Below are positions 17,890 to 29,023 of a DNA stretch of 62,077 nucleotides, one piece after another. The stretch is from an uncultured Opitutia bacterium (GTDB lineage: Bacteria; Verrucomicrobiota; Verrucomicrobiia; Opitutales; Opitutaceae), in NCBI GenBank assembly GCA_903940425.1, contig CAJAKX010000052.1, forward strand, positions 1-62,077, written 5' to 3'. The position numbers and the translations under genes are program-made. Within the stretch, counting starts at the first letter, position 1, and the number at the start of each line of letters is the position of its first letter. Below the pieces are notes generated by a model that made no database searches, had not been told where the DNA came from, and saw nothing but the letters and a program-made list of their open reading frames with translations.

Positions 17890-20179
17890 TCGTCCGCCGC
17901 GCCGCCCGCCGCGCCCGCCGGGCGCGGCGGAACACCGCCTGCGGCTCCGGCCAGGTGTCGCGGGGCCCGTAGCGCAGCCTCTGCAGGTCGGTCCACATGT
18001 CCAAGCCTTCGACTTTCGACGTGGCAGAATGTCGCTGACGCTCGGTACGCCCTTCGACCAGCTTGCGCAACCAGCGCCCCGCTTCGCGCCGCACCGGATC
18101 GGTTTCGCCGTGGCGTCGCGCACCCAGGATGCGCCACCACCACGACCGGCCGTGGCGCCACCACAGCACCACCGCCACCACCCCGCCGAGCGCGGCCCCT
18201 AACCAGTCCAGCATGCGCGGCACGCTCCAGGGACGCTGCAACCAGTGCCGCAACGAGACGCCCGCCTCACCGAGGACCTCGCGCAACGCCACCCCGATGT
18301 TGCCCGTCGTTTCTTTGAGCGAGAGCAGGAGCGCCATCTGCGTCCGCTGGTCGAAACTGACGATGCGCCGGTACCAGAGGATGCGGACCGCGTCGAGGCG
18401 CGCCTGCCAGCTTCGGTCGAGCCGCCGTCCGAGCGCGGCTTCCCCGGCCTGGCTTTGCCGGGAGGTGGTTACGGCCGCCGCGCCGATGGTCGGATCGACC
18501 CGGAACCATCCCGTGCCGCCGTCATAGACCTCGCACCAAGCGTGGGCGTGTGAATTGCGTACCATGAAGTAGTTCTCGTAGGCATTCCAATCGCCGCCCT
18601 TGAACCCGGTGATGGCACGGGTCGGGAAACCCGCCGCGCGCGCCAGCAGCGTGAATGCGGCCGTGAACAGCTCGCAATGACCGGGCAGGCTGGATTCCAT
18701 CCACAGCACCACCGGGTCACGATTGCCCTCGGGCAGCACGACCTGCAGGGAGTAGCCGTGCTTGTCCGTCAGCCAGCGGCTCGCGCGCGTGGCAAACTCC
18801 TCCGCGCTGACCCTGGCGCCGCCGGTGATGCTGTCCGCCATCTGGTTCAGGGCCTGCCGGTCATCGGTCCGTTCCGGGAGTTGCAGGGTCGTCAGCGGAT
18901 ACACGACACGCGGCGGGCCGTGCTCATCGGCCTCCTTGCGCCCGGGCTTGTCTGCAACCTGGCCGCGCTGGGCGTTGCGCAGGATGGAGCCGAAGAGGCG
19001 GTCCGGCACAAAGCCGTCCGTCAGCATGCCCTCCACGCGATAGGCGGTCATGGTCACCGGTTCATTGCGCAGCGCGGTCATGCGCAGGCTGATCTGCTGC
19101 TGCACCCATTGCGGCTCACGGAAGCGCATCAGGTAAAACGGTCCGACCACCGGCAGATGCCGGCTGATGCCCGCCTCGAAATAGAAGGTCCAGTAAACCG
19201 GCGCCCCGCGCGCGGGCGGCAACAGGCCCATCACAAAAGGAGTCATTTGCGTCGCCATCACCATTTCGTTTCGCAGGCGCCGCGAGGTGCGGAGGAGGCC
19301 GGCTCGATATTCGTCGAGCACCACCATGCGCCAGTAGGGCGTGGCCGGGATGCGCGCCGGATCCGACACGTCGACGCGGAGCGCCACCGACTTGTCCTGC
19401 TGGATGTCGATCACGTCGCCAAGGCTGATCGTGTCCGAGAAGCCTGTGCGGCTTTTCTTGGTGATGAAACGATCAAGAAAAAAACTGTTTTCGAGCTGGA
19501 ACCGCGGAATCGCCATGAACAGGAGCGCGGACACCGCCACGACGCCGATGAACAGCGCGCCGCCCGCGGCGAGCAGCCGCCAGTCGGCCACTTCCCGCAG
19601 GCGCCGGGCCAGCCGCCGCCAGCTGCCCCCGGCCCATGCCGGCAGCCGTCCGTGCTCCATCCCCCGGATCCCAGACCCCGGCCCCTCCCTGCCCTCCGCG
19701 GCTTCCGCCAGCGTGATCACGAACAGGAACGCCAGTGTGCAGCCCGTGAACACGAGAATCTGCACCGCGAACGCCAGCGACACCGTGAGCACACCGGCCA
19801 CCATCACCAGAATCAGACCGAGGATGATGATCTGCAGGTCGTCGCGCTTTTTGCGATAGCTGACGCCCCGATAAAGCAACAGCAGTAGGCCGAGCCGGAT
19901 GCCGGCCGGCAGCACCTCCGCGGTGGAATAGAGGTCCCACGCAAAAAACGCCACGATGAACGGAAACGCGAGCTTGTGCGCCAGCGGTGGCAGACGGGCC
20001 GGCAGTTTGGGTCGCACCAGCACCGCGAGGATGGCGGCGGTGGCGATGCCCATTAGAACCCACGCGTCGATCTCGAGATAAAGCACGGTCCAGACCGAGA
20101 TCAGTGTGAGTACTCCACCGAGCAGCCATCTGAGCTGATGCAGCTCGTCGAGGTTAAGTTGTGGCCGTTTTTTCTCCAT
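17876..20179 (-). CDS. Transglutaminase-like membrane protein (TgpA / DUF3488 + transglutaminase core)
   Basis: Multi-TM N-terminus. Core GHCELFTAAFTLLARAAGFPTRAITGF...HAWCEVY...WFRVDPT carries the Cys-His-Asp papain-like transglutaminase triad context. Its 3' end overlaps the mrdA 3' end by 14 nt (convergent). Confidence 0.88.
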   Translation of the reverse strand: MEKKRPQLNLDELHQLRWLLGGVLTLISVWTVLYLEIDAWVLMGIATAAILAVLVRPKLPARLPPLAHKLAFPFIVAFFAWDLYSTAEVLPAGIRLGLLLLLYRGVSYRKKRDDLQIIILGLILVMVAGVLTVSLAFAVQILVFTGCTLAFLFVITLAEAAEGREGPGSGIRGMEHGRLPAWAGGSWRRLARRLREVADWRLLAAGGALFIGVVAVSALLFMAIPRFQLENSFFLDRFITKKSRTGFSDTISLGDVIDIQQDKSVALRVDVSDPARIPATPYWRMVVLDEYRAGLLRTSRRLRNEMVMATQMTPFVMGLLPPARGAPVYWTFYFEAGISRHLPVVGPFYLMRFREPQWVQQQISLRMTALRNEPVTMTAYRVEGMLTDGFVPDRLFGSILRNAQRGQVADKPGRKEADEHGPPRVVYPLTTLQLPERTDDRQALNQMADSITGGARVSAEEFATRASRWLTDKHGYSLQVVLPEGNRDPVVLWMESSLPGHCELFTAAFTLLARAAGFPTRAITGFKGGDWNAYENYFMVRNSHAHAWCEVYDGGTGWFRVDPTIGAAAVTTSRQSQAGEAALGRRLDRSWQARLDAVRILWYRRIVSFDQRTQMALLLSLKETTGNIGVALREVLGEAGVSLRHWLQRPWSVPRMLDWLGAALGGVVAVVLWWRHGRSWWWRILGARRHGETDPVRREAGRWLRKLVEGRTERQRHSATSKVEGLDMWTDLQRLRYGPRDTWPEPQAVFRRARRARRAARRTISWR

Positions 20180-21440
20180 CGGTGTAGGCCGCGACGCCCC
20201 GGGCGCCCTCGGGGGCGAAGGTGATCACATTGCGGCGCGTCCGGGCCGTCATGTCGGTTTTTGCGGGTGAAGGATGGGTTTCCTGCGGCAACTCCAGCAT
20301 CGCCAGCCGGTCGAGGAACGACTCCAGATCGCGCACCCGGCGGATGACCAGCGGTTCCTCCGCATTCACCGCCGCCCCGGTGAGCCGGCCGGCGGTGAAC
20401 AAATCCTCGGCCAGCGTCGCGGCAAAGCGGCATAGCAGCTCGAACTGCTCCTCGCGCGTCCACCCGCCGGGCGACGTCTCGATCCACAGGAAAAAACCCT
20501 CCGCGCTCTCTGCCGCGAACTGACGGACCATGAGCTGCCGCAACCGCGCGCTCGCCTTCCAGTGGATGAGCCGGTGGGAATCGCCCGTCTGGTAGCGCCG
20601 CAGGGCCAGCAGGTCGTTGCTGGCGCCGGGCCGGGCCACGCGCTCGCCCTCCGCCTGACGCGCGGCCGCCGCGGTCCGCGTGAAGCGGTATTCCACCGGC
20701 GCCGGCCAGATGATGATCTCGCGCCGCAGCCGGGTGCCGTGGTTTTTGCGCAGAAAACCGAACGGGAAGAGCGAACCCACGCTCGCCAGTTCCACGCGCA
20801 CCACGCCGCGGCGCTGGGGCGTGAAGAGCCAGTCGAGCCGCGCCTGGCCGCCCGGATCGAGCCGCTCACGCAGCGGCAGGATGGCGCGCGCCGTGGCCTG
20901 TTCGACCCGGGCGAACGCGGCCCTGATTTCGGCGGACGACGCCCGGATGGTCGCCTCCGCGCGCTGCGGTCCCGCCGCCACCGGGCGCGCGGTGAGCTCA
21001 AACCAGAGGCCGTAGGTCGGCAGCAACGTCTTGCGGTTCCATAGTTCGAGCGTCACCGGCGTTTTCTGGCCCGCGCGCGCCGGCGGCTGCAGCAGCAGCC
21101 GCCAGCACACGCCCCGGAGGTTGAGCCACGACATCACGCCGCTGAGGATGAGACACGCCAGCAGCAGGGAAAGCGTGATGAAAAGAATGTTGCTCGCCGT
21201 GTTGTAGGCCGCCGAACCGATGCCGAGCGCGAGGCCGATCAGGACAAGGCCGGGCACGGTCGGCATGATGCGGTGGTTCCTGACCGGATAGATGAGCGAC
21301 CAGAGAAATTCGCTCCAGCGGAAGCGCGACCGGTCGCGCAAAGTGGGACCATGCCAGGTCTGCGCCTGCTGAGCGTCCAACCGTCGGCGCTCAGTCTCCA
21401 CCGCTGAAAAGGATGAACCGCCTGGGGGTGCCGAAGCCAC
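20154..21440 (-). CDS. DUF58-domain protein (degenerate vWA, MoxR partner)
   Basis: GTG start, two N-terminal TM helices, and the DUF58 signature LALRRYQTGDSHRLIHWKASARL. Overlaps the downstream transglutaminase gene by 26 nt. Confidence 0.85.
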   Translation of the reverse strand: MASAPPGGSSFSAVETERRRLDAQQAQTWHGPTLRDRSRFRWSEFLWSLIYPVRNHRIMPTVPGLVLIGLALGIGSAAYNTASNILFITLSLLLACLILSGVMSWLNLRGVCWRLLLQPPARAGQKTPVTLELWNRKTLLPTYGLWFELTARPVAAGPQRAEATIRASSAEIRAAFARVEQATARAILPLRERLDPGGQARLDWLFTPQRRGVVRVELASVGSLFPFGFLRKNHGTRLRREIIIWPAPVEYRFTRTAAAARQAEGERVARPGASNDLLALRRYQTGDSHRLIHWKASARLRQLMVRQFAAESAEGFFLWIETSPGGWTREEQFELLCRFAATLAEDLFTAGRLTGAAVNAEEPLVIRRVRDLESFLDRLAMLELPQETHPSPAKTDMTARTRRNVITFAPEGARGVAAYTDGEKTATT

Positions 21441-21494
21441 TTGAACCTTGAACGTTCCAAGTTGAGGAGTTGGACGTTGGTCCTGTCACGGGCG

Positions 21495-22466
<972 letters not shown>

Positions 22467-22541
22467 GGCTCCCAAGGTTAGGCAGGATGGCCGCGGCGTC
22501 AACGCGCCTGCCGCCGGGGATGCGCCGCAAATCCGGTCCGG

Positions 22542-23369
22542 CTACAGCAGTTTGAGCAGCGCGCTGAAATCCTCGTCGCCTGCTTCTTGCGCCTCGGCGA
22601 GCCGGAGGCGCTCGCGCACGGCCTCCAGCAGCGGCAGCCGGCCCGCGCCTGCGGTGGCGGACGCCAGCCGCATGTCCTTGTGCATGTGTTTCACCGAAAA
22701 CTGCGGCGAAAAATCGCCGGCGCGCAGCTTCGGCTCCTTGAGCTTCGAGAGGCCGGAGGCGCCGACGTTGCGGGAGAGCGCCTCGAAGAACAGGTCATCG
22801 CTGATGCCCGCGCGGCGCGCGAAGGTGAGGGCCTCGCACAAGCCCTCGAGCATCACGGCGAGGTTGAGGTTCATCGCCAGCTTGAGCGCCGCGGCCTTCC
22901 GCGGCTCAGTCGAGACAACCAGGCGCGTCTCCGAGACAAGGCTGAGCAAGGGCTCGGCAGCGGCGATGAGGTCAGCCGCGCCGCCGAGATAATACACGGT
23001 CTTCCGCTGTTCCGCCGCCGGCTTGCTGCCGGTGAACGGCGCCTCGAGGTAGCGGGCTCCGCGCGCCTCCACCTGCGCCCGGAAGCGGTCGCTGCTCTCC
23101 GGGTCGATGGTGGTCGACTGGATGACCACCTTGCCGGGGCCGAGCCGCGGCAGGATGCGGTCGAGCACACCCTGGACCGCGGGCGGATCGGCCACGACGA
23201 TCTGCACCGCCTCGGCAGCCGCGGCGACCGCCTCGGGCGTATCCTTCCATTGCGGCATCGCCGGCCGCGGCGTGCGGTTCCAGCAGCCGGCCAGCACGCC
23301 GGCCGCGGCGTAATGCCGCGTCCACACCCTGCCAATGATGCCCAGTCCGATGACGCCGATGGTTTTCAT
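22542..23369 (-). CDS. NAD(P)-dependent oxidoreductase, beta-hydroxyacid / 3-hydroxyisobutyrate dehydrogenase family
   Basis: MKTIGVIGLGIIGRVW Rossmann start and about 275 aa, with a 6-PGDH-type NAD-binding domain plus a helical C-terminal domain. Confidence 0.8.
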   Translation of the reverse strand: MKTIGVIGLGIIGRVWTRHYAAAGVLAGCWNRTPRPAMPQWKDTPEAVAAAAEAVQIVVADPPAVQGVLDRILPRLGPGKVVIQSTTIDPESSDRFRAQVEARGARYLEAPFTGSKPAAEQRKTVYYLGGAADLIAAAEPLLSLVSETRLVVSTEPRKAAALKLAMNLNLAVMLEGLCEALTFARRAGISDDLFFEALSRNVGASGLSKLKEPKLRAGDFSPQFSVKHMHKDMRLASATAGAGRLPLLEAVRERLRLAEAQEAGDEDFSALLKLL

Positions 23370-23460
23370 GGAAAAGCCTGGCTCACGGAACCTACAGAAA
23401 GAATACGCGGAAGCGGATCAACCCCATCGGTGCCTTTCCGTGTGTTCCGTGGGCAAAAAA

Positions 23461-24159
23461 CTACGCCAATATTTCGAGCAGCCGCGTGAAGAGCCGGTTC
23501 ACCTTCTCCTGGTTGGCTTTCACGAGCTCCTTGAACTTGGCAAAGTCAATCTCGGTGGCCATCAGGCCGTTCGCATAGTTGTCGATGATGGCGAGGCTGT
23601 TGTAGCGCAGCCCGATCTCGCCGCAAAGATCAGCCTCGTGCGCAGCCGTCATGCCGACGACGTCGCCCCACTCCTTCACGATGCGGATCTCCGCCTTGGT
23701 CTCGAAACGCGGGCCGCGCATCTGCACGTAGACCTTGCCGGGATGGATCTTGAATTCGGGCGCCAGCTTCTCGACGAGCAACGGGATCAGGTTGTTGGCG
23801 ATGCCGGGCGCGCCGCCTTTGAGCTCCGTGTCGAAGAAGGTCACCGGTCCCTGCTGGAGTCCGACGTAATCGCTGCACGAAACAAGAGTGCCGGGCGGCA
23901 GCTCCGGCTTGAGCGAACCGACGGAATTGACCGACAGCACATCCTGGTAGCCGAGATCGGCAAGCGCGCGGATGTTGGCGCGATAGTTGATGGAGTGCGG
24001 CGGCACGGGGAGACCATAGCCGTGACGGTTGATGAGCACAAAGTCACCGCGCTGCTTGCAGGTCACCGGGCCGTACCGCGTCTCGATCGTGCGAACCTCC
24101 CATGCGGAAAAAAGCGTGCTGTTGACGATGCTGGTACCACTGAGAAACGCGACCTTCAT
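23461..24159 (-). CDS. MTAP-family purine nucleoside phosphorylase (methylthioadenosine/methylthioinosine phosphorylase-like)
   Basis: Trimmed to ATG 24159 (MKVAFLSGTS). INRHGYGLPVPPHSINYRANIRALADLG..SVNSVGSL and RGPRFETKAEI...GDVVGMT match the MTAP/PNP-I family. Confidence 0.85.
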   Translation of the reverse strand: MKVAFLSGTSIVNSTLFSAWEVRTIETRYGPVTCKQRGDFVLINRHGYGLPVPPHSINYRANIRALADLGYQDVLSVNSVGSLKPELPPGTLVSCSDYVGLQQGPVTFFDTELKGGAPGIANNLIPLLVEKLAPEFKIHPGKVYVQMRGPRFETKAEIRIVKEWGDVVGMTAAHEADLCGEIGLRYNSLAIIDNYANGLMATEIDFAKFKELVKANQEKVNRLFTRLLEILA

Positions 24160-24309
24160 GCCTGCAACTACGCGCCCGCCAGCACGCCGAGGCAACCGCT
24201 TTCTGGGAGACGGTGCAGCTGCGCCCGGCAGGCGAAGGCCCTAGGGGTGGTGCTCTTCACGGATTCCAAGATCCCGCGGGACCGATGGGCTCTCCCCTCG
24301 CGCGGGTCT

Positions 24310-24603
24310 TCAGCCCACCCACGAGACCTGCTGAATTTTCCGGGCGAGTTCGATATCCTTGGCGGTGACCTTGCTGCCGGCGGAGTGCGTGTTGAGCCGC
24401 AGGAATACGCGGTTATAGACATTCCTCCAGTCGGGGTGATGGTCCAGCACCTCGGCTTCGAAGGCGACGCGCGTCATGAACGAGAACGCCTCGCGAAAAC
24501 TGCCGAACGTGAAAGTCTTGACGAGCGCGTCGCCCTCGTGGCTCCAGCCCGGCAGCGTCCCGAGGGTCTGCTGAACCTCCGCCAGTGTCAGGGATGTTGC
24601 CAT
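24310..24603 (-). CDS. Pterin-4-alpha-carbinolamine dehydratase
   Basis: Trimmed to ATG 24603 (MATSLTLAEVQQTL). FTFGSFREAFSFMTRVAFEAEVLDHHPDWRNVYNRVFLRLNTH is the PCD/DCoH signature (HHP...Y..V). Confidence 0.9.
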   Translation of the reverse strand: MATSLTLAEVQQTLGTLPGWSHEGDALVKTFTFGSFREAFSFMTRVAFEAEVLDHHPDWRNVYNRVFLRLNTHSAGSKVTAKDIELARKIQQVSWVG

Positions 24604-24673
24604 GCGGGACGATGGGCCGGTCATTGCCCTTGTCAAACGATGGGACCGCTTCATAAAGGGCCGGAATCCACGC

Positions 24674-25438
24674 ATGCAGACGGCCAGCGCCAATATTCCC
24701 AACCATGTCGCCATCATCATGGACGGCAACGGCCGCTGGGCGAAGCAGCGCGGGCTCCCGCGCCTCGAGGGTCATCGCCGCGGGGTGGAGACGGTGCGTG
24801 CCATCATTGACGCGGCGCGCGAGCTGGGCATCCGCTACCTGACGCTCTATGCCCTTTCGACCGAAAACCTGCAGCGCCCCCCTGACGAAGTGTCGGCGCT
24901 CATGGGGTTGCTCGAACATTTCCTGCGCCGCGAGACGAAGGTGCTCATTAAAAACCGCATCCGCCTGCGGACGATCGGCCACATCGAGGCACTGCCGGCG
25001 GGACCGTGCCGGGAGCTGCAGCACGCCATCGAGGCCACCCGGCACTTCACCGACTGGAATCTTGTGCTCGCGCTTAACTACGGTTCGCGCACCGAGCTGG
25101 CCGATGCCGCCTGCGCCTACGCCGCCGCCGTCGCCGCCGGGCGCGAGCAACCGGGCGACGCCTCCTGGTCCACGTTCAGCCGTTATCTCTACACCGCCGA
25201 CATTCCCGACCCCGACCTGCTCATCCGCACCTCCGGCGAAACCCGGCTCAGCAACTTCCTGCTCATGCAGTGCGCCTATGCGGAGATGATTTTCTCCCCC
25301 TTGCTGTGGCCCGATTTCTCAAAAGCCGAGCTCGCCGCGGCCGTGGAGGAATACCAGCGCCGCGAGCGCCGCTTCGGCCTCACCGCTGAGCAGCTCAAGA
25401 CCGGCGCCGCGCCGCGCCCGCCCGCCGACACCCTCTAA
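24674..25438 (+). CDS. uppS: Undecaprenyl diphosphate synthase (cis-isoprenyl transferase)
   Basis: Trimmed to ATG 24674 (MQTASANIPNHVAIIMDGNGRWAK). Also DLLIRTSGETRLSNFLLMQCAYAEM. Confidence 0.93.
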   Translation: MQTASANIPNHVAIIMDGNGRWAKQRGLPRLEGHRRGVETVRAIIDAARELGIRYLTLYALSTENLQRPPDEVSALMGLLEHFLRRETKVLIKNRIRLRTIGHIEALPAGPCRELQHAIEATRHFTDWNLVLALNYGSRTELADAACAYAAAVAAGREQPGDASWSTFSRYLYTADIPDPDLLIRTSGETRLSNFLLMQCAYAEMIFSPLLWPDFSKAELAAAVEEYQRRERRFGLTAEQLKTGAAPRPPADTL

Positions 25439-25456
25439 CCCTTCCAACCCTCATCC

Positions 25457-26281
25457 TTGCCTGTGCTAAAACGGACGTTCAGCACGATCATTCTGTGGAG
25501 CCTGGCGCTCGTATGCGCACGCTACTTCGGCGTCACGGGTGGGGTGTGGCTCGTCACCGCCGCCAGCGTGCTCACCCTGAACGAGTTTTACGCAATGCTC
25601 AGGCGCATGGGACTTGCTCCCTTCAACCGCCTTGGTCTCACCCTCGGGGCGGCCATCACGCTTGCCCCGTACTATTTCGAACCGTACTTCACGCCGACAG
25701 GGTTGCTGGCCCTGGCGGTGATCGTGTTTTCCGTGCGCATCCTGGGCGAGCGTGAGCCGCAGAACCGGGTCGAGACGCTGGGCTGGACCCTTTTCGGCCT
25801 GCTCTACGTGCCGTTCATGCTGCATTTTCTCGTGCGCATCATCCTCATCACGAGCCCGCATGAGCACAGCGGCCTTGTGCTCGGCCTCTGGCTCATCGCC
25901 GTGACGAAATTCTGCGACTCGGGCGCGTTTCTCACCGGGCTGGCCATCGGCCGGCACAAGATGGCGCCCAACATCAGTCCGAAAAAGACGTGGGAAGGGG
26001 TGGTCGGCGGCATGCTCACTGCCGTGGTGGTGGGGGCCACCCTGGCTTGGGGTTGCCGCGCTTACCTGCCGGCAAACTTCACCCCGCTCCTTGGCGCCGT
26101 GACGGCGGTCCCCCTGGCCGGTCTCGCCATCGTGTCGGACCTGGTCGAATCAATCATCAAGCGCCGGGCCGACACCAAGGACACCGGCCGCACCATCCCC
26201 GGCATCGGGGGAATATTCGATCTCACCGACAGCTTGATCCTCACCGCGCCCATTGGCTGGGCGGTGTTTCACTTGCTATAG
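25457..26281 (+). CDS. cdsA: Phosphatidate cytidylyltransferase
   Basis: Polytopic membrane protein with the CDS signature SPKKTWEGVVGG...SIIKRRADTKDTG..IPGIGGIFD. Confidence 0.9.
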   Translation: MPVLKRTFSTIILWSLALVCARYFGVTGGVWLVTAASVLTLNEFYAMLRRMGLAPFNRLGLTLGAAITLAPYYFEPYFTPTGLLALAVIVFSVRILGEREPQNRVETLGWTLFGLLYVPFMLHFLVRIILITSPHEHSGLVLGLWLIAVTKFCDSGAFLTGLAIGRHKMAPNISPKKTWEGVVGGMLTAVVVGATLAWGCRAYLPANFTPLLGAVTAVPLAGLAIVSDLVESIIKRRADTKDTGRTIPGIGGIFDLTDSLILTAPIGWAVFHLL

Positions 26282-26350
26282 CCTCCGGCGCCTGCCGAAA
26301 TCGCCCACCGGCCCCTCCCCGCCGGGCGAGGGCAGGAATCTGCCACGAAA

Positions 26351-27535
26351 GTGCCCCCCTCTCCTTCCAGAAAACGCATTGTCCTCCTGGGCGCCACCGG
26401 CTCCATCGGTGAGAACACGCTGCGGGTCATCGCCGCGCACCGTGACCGGCTGGAACTGGTGGGCATTGCCGCGCGTGCCAACCACCGGCGGCTCGCGGAG
26501 ATTGCGCGGCAGTTCGGCGTCCGGCATGTGGCGATCTTCGAAAACGGCGCGCTGGCCGAGGCCCGCGCCAACCCCGCGGCGTTCCCCCCCGACACCCGGC
26601 TCTCCGGCGGCCTGAACGGACTCGTCGAACTCGCGCAACTGCCCGAAGCCGACTTGGTGCTCGTGGCGGTCGTGGGCACCACCGGTCTGCGGCCCGCCCT
26701 GGCCGCCCTCGCCGCGCACAAGCCCCTCGCGCTCGCCTCCAAGGAGATCCTGGTGCTGGCCGGCAAATTTGTCATGGCCGCGGCGCGCGCCGGCGGTGTG
26801 CGCTTGGTGCCGGTCGACAGCGAACACAACGCCGTCTTCCAGTGTCTCGAGGGCCACGCGCCCGCCACCGTGCGCCGGATTGTGCTCACCGCCTCCGGCG
26901 GCGCGTTTCGCGAGCTCTCCGCCGACGCGCTCGCCCACGTGACTCCCGCCGACGCGTTGAAGCATCCCAACTGGTCGATGGGGCCCAAAATCACCGTCGA
27001 TTCAGCCACGCTGGCCAACAAGGGCCTCGAACTCATGGAGGCGCAATGGCTGTTCGGCCTGCGTCCCGACCAGTGCCAGGCGGTGCTGCACCCGCAGAGC
27101 ATCGTGCATTGCCTGGTGGAGTTTGCCGACGGCACGATGCTCGCACAGCTGGCGCCGCCCTCCATGACGTTTCCCATCCAGCACGCCCTGCTCTACCCGG
27201 AACGGGCGCCGGGGATCGATGCCCCCTTGGACCTCCAAAAGCTGTTCTCCCTCGACTTTTGTCCGGTGGATGAGACGCGCTATCCCTGCCTGCGGCTGGC
27301 CCGGGCGGCGATGGACGCGGGTGGCGTGGCGCCGGCTGTCTACAATGCCGCCAACGAGGTCGCCGTGACGGCTTTCCTCGCCGGCCGGCTGCCCTTCCTT
27401 GCCATTTCGGAGGTCATCGATAAGACTCTCCAATCCGGTTCCAATTTTGAACCGGCCGATCTCGACGCTGTCCTGGAGGCCGACATGGCCGCCCGCCGCG
27501 CCGCCCGGTCAATCATCCCCAGCATAAAATCCTGA
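26351..27535 (+). CDS. dxr: 1-deoxy-D-xylulose-5-phosphate reductoisomerase
   Basis: IVLLGATGSIGENTLRVI NADPH site, LASKEILV, PVDSEHNAVFQCL, HPNWSMGPKITVDSATLANKGLE. Confidence 0.95.
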   Translation: MPPSPSRKRIVLLGATGSIGENTLRVIAAHRDRLELVGIAARANHRRLAEIARQFGVRHVAIFENGALAEARANPAAFPPDTRLSGGLNGLVELAQLPEADLVLVAVVGTTGLRPALAALAAHKPLALASKEILVLAGKFVMAAARAGGVRLVPVDSEHNAVFQCLEGHAPATVRRIVLTASGGAFRELSADALAHVTPADALKHPNWSMGPKITVDSATLANKGLELMEAQWLFGLRPDQCQAVLHPQSIVHCLVEFADGTMLAQLAPPSMTFPIQHALLYPERAPGIDAPLDLQKLFSLDFCPVDETRYPCLRLARAAMDAGGVAPAVYNAANEVAVTAFLAGRLPFLAISEVIDKTLQSGSNFEPADLDAVLEADMAARRAARSIIPSIKS

Positions 27536-27543
27536 CTTAGGAC

Positions 27544-28998
27544 GTGTCCTCCGATCTGCTCCAGTCCATTGCCTCGAATCTCTGGTCGATCTTCCTGATC
27601 ATCCTGTTCTTTGGCGGCTCCATCTTTGTGCACGAGTTCGGCCACTTCCTCGCCGCGCGGCGCCGCGGGGTGCACGTGGCGCGTTTTTCCATCGGTTTCG
27701 GGCCGAAGATCTTCGCCTGGCGGGGCAAGGATGGCGTCGAGTACCGCCTGTCCTGGCTGCCGCTCGGCGGCTATGTCGCGCTCCCGCAACTCGCCGACAT
27801 GCACGCCATCGAAGGCGGGGCGGATGTCGACGTGGAGAAACTGCCCCCTCTCAGCTACGGCACCAAAATGCTGGTGTTTGCCGCCGGCGCGGCCTTCAAC
27901 GTCGTCTTCGCCTTTCTGCTCGCCTGCATTGTGTGGTTTGTCGGCCAGCCGACCAGCGCCGAACTCGACACCACGAGGATCGGCCTGGTGATGCCGGCGA
28001 TCGCCCTGCCTGACGGATCGAGCGTGCCCAGCCCGGCGTTCGAAGCCGGCTTTCAGGCCGGCGATGTCATCCTGGCCATCGATGGCAACCGGGTCACCAA
28101 CTGGCTGGACCTGCAGCAGACGCTCTTTGCCAGCGGCGGGCGTTCTGCCGACGGCCGGCCCCGGGCGGTGTTCACCGTCGCTCGCGGCGGCGAAACGCTG
28201 GAACTCACCGTCTATCCACGCCTCGCCGGCGATGAGCGCATGCGACGCATCGGCATCGCCCCGGCCGAGGAGTTCATCGTCTATGAAATCACGCCGGGCT
28301 CGCCGGCGGCCCGCGCCGGCCTCAGGCCGAACGATCAGATCGTCGCCCTCGACGGCCTGCCGGTGCTCCACTCGAGCGTCTTTGTCGATCACTTGCGCAA
28401 AAACGTCGACCGGCCCATCACGCTCACCGTGCTCCGCGCGGGCCGGCGGACCACGCTTATCGTGCCGCCCCGCACCGGGACGGAAAATCCCGCCGAGTTC
28501 GGTCTTACATTCAAATCGGGCTTCAAGATCGTGTATCCCGATCCCTTCACCCAGCTCGCGGATAATGCCGTGATGGCGTTCCGCGTGCTCGCGGGGCTCA
28601 TCAACCCCCAATCCGACCTTGGCGTATCCAAGCTTAGCGGCCCCGTCGGCATCGTGCGCATCTTCCGCGCCACGGCGCAGAGCGATATTCGCCTCGTGCT
28701 CTGGTTTACCATTCTTGTGAATGTCAACCTCGCCATCTTCAACCTGCTGCCCGTCCCGGTGCTCGATGGCGGCCACATGCTCTTCGCCACCATCGGCCGG
28801 CTGCGCGGCCGGGCGCTCCCGGCCAGCTTCATCATGACCACGCAGAGCGTGTTCATCGTGCTGCTTTTCTCGCTCATTCTTTACGTCAGCTTCTTCGACG
28901 TACGCCGCCTTGTCCGCGACGCACGCAGCGAACGGGCCGAGACCCAGCAGCAGGCCGCGCCGGCGGCGAAACCCGCGCCCGCACCGGCGGCCCCCTAA
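27544..28998 (+). CDS. rseP: RIP (site-2) zinc metalloprotease RseP
   Basis: HEFGHFLAARRRG (HExxH) in the first TM helix, two PDZ-like segments, C-terminal NLLPVPVLDGGH motif. GTG start. Confidence 0.92.
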   Translation: MSSDLLQSIASNLWSIFLIILFFGGSIFVHEFGHFLAARRRGVHVARFSIGFGPKIFAWRGKDGVEYRLSWLPLGGYVALPQLADMHAIEGGADVDVEKLPPLSYGTKMLVFAAGAAFNVVFAFLLACIVWFVGQPTSAELDTTRIGLVMPAIALPDGSSVPSPAFEAGFQAGDVILAIDGNRVTNWLDLQQTLFASGGRSADGRPRAVFTVARGGETLELTVYPRLAGDERMRRIGIAPAEEFIVYEITPGSPAARAGLRPNDQIVALDGLPVLHSSVFVDHLRKNVDRPITLTVLRAGRRTTLIVPPRTGTENPAEFGLTFKSGFKIVYPDPFTQLADNAVMAFRVLAGLINPQSDLGVSKLSGPVGIVRIFRATAQSDIRLVLWFTILVNVNLAIFNLLPVPVLDGGHMLFATIGRLRGRALPASFIMTTQSVFIVLLFSLILYVSFFDVRRLVRDARSERAETQQQAAPAAKPAPAPAAP

Positions 28999-29023
28999 GA
29001 GAGCCCCGCGCCTGGCGCGGACC

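Noticed and set aside
16159-18123. Very long ORFs antisense to recognised genes. Examples are 16159..18123 (654 aa, opposite mrdA), 58245..60881 (878 aa, opposite metH), 13161..14360 (opposite mreB), 4586..6394, 9824..10768, 27340..29025 and 42425..43537.
   Set aside because: These are typical high-GC artefacts. The translations are dominated by R, G, A, D and H, carry no recognisable motifs, and the opposite strand encodes unmistakable conserved proteins with proper codon periodicity.
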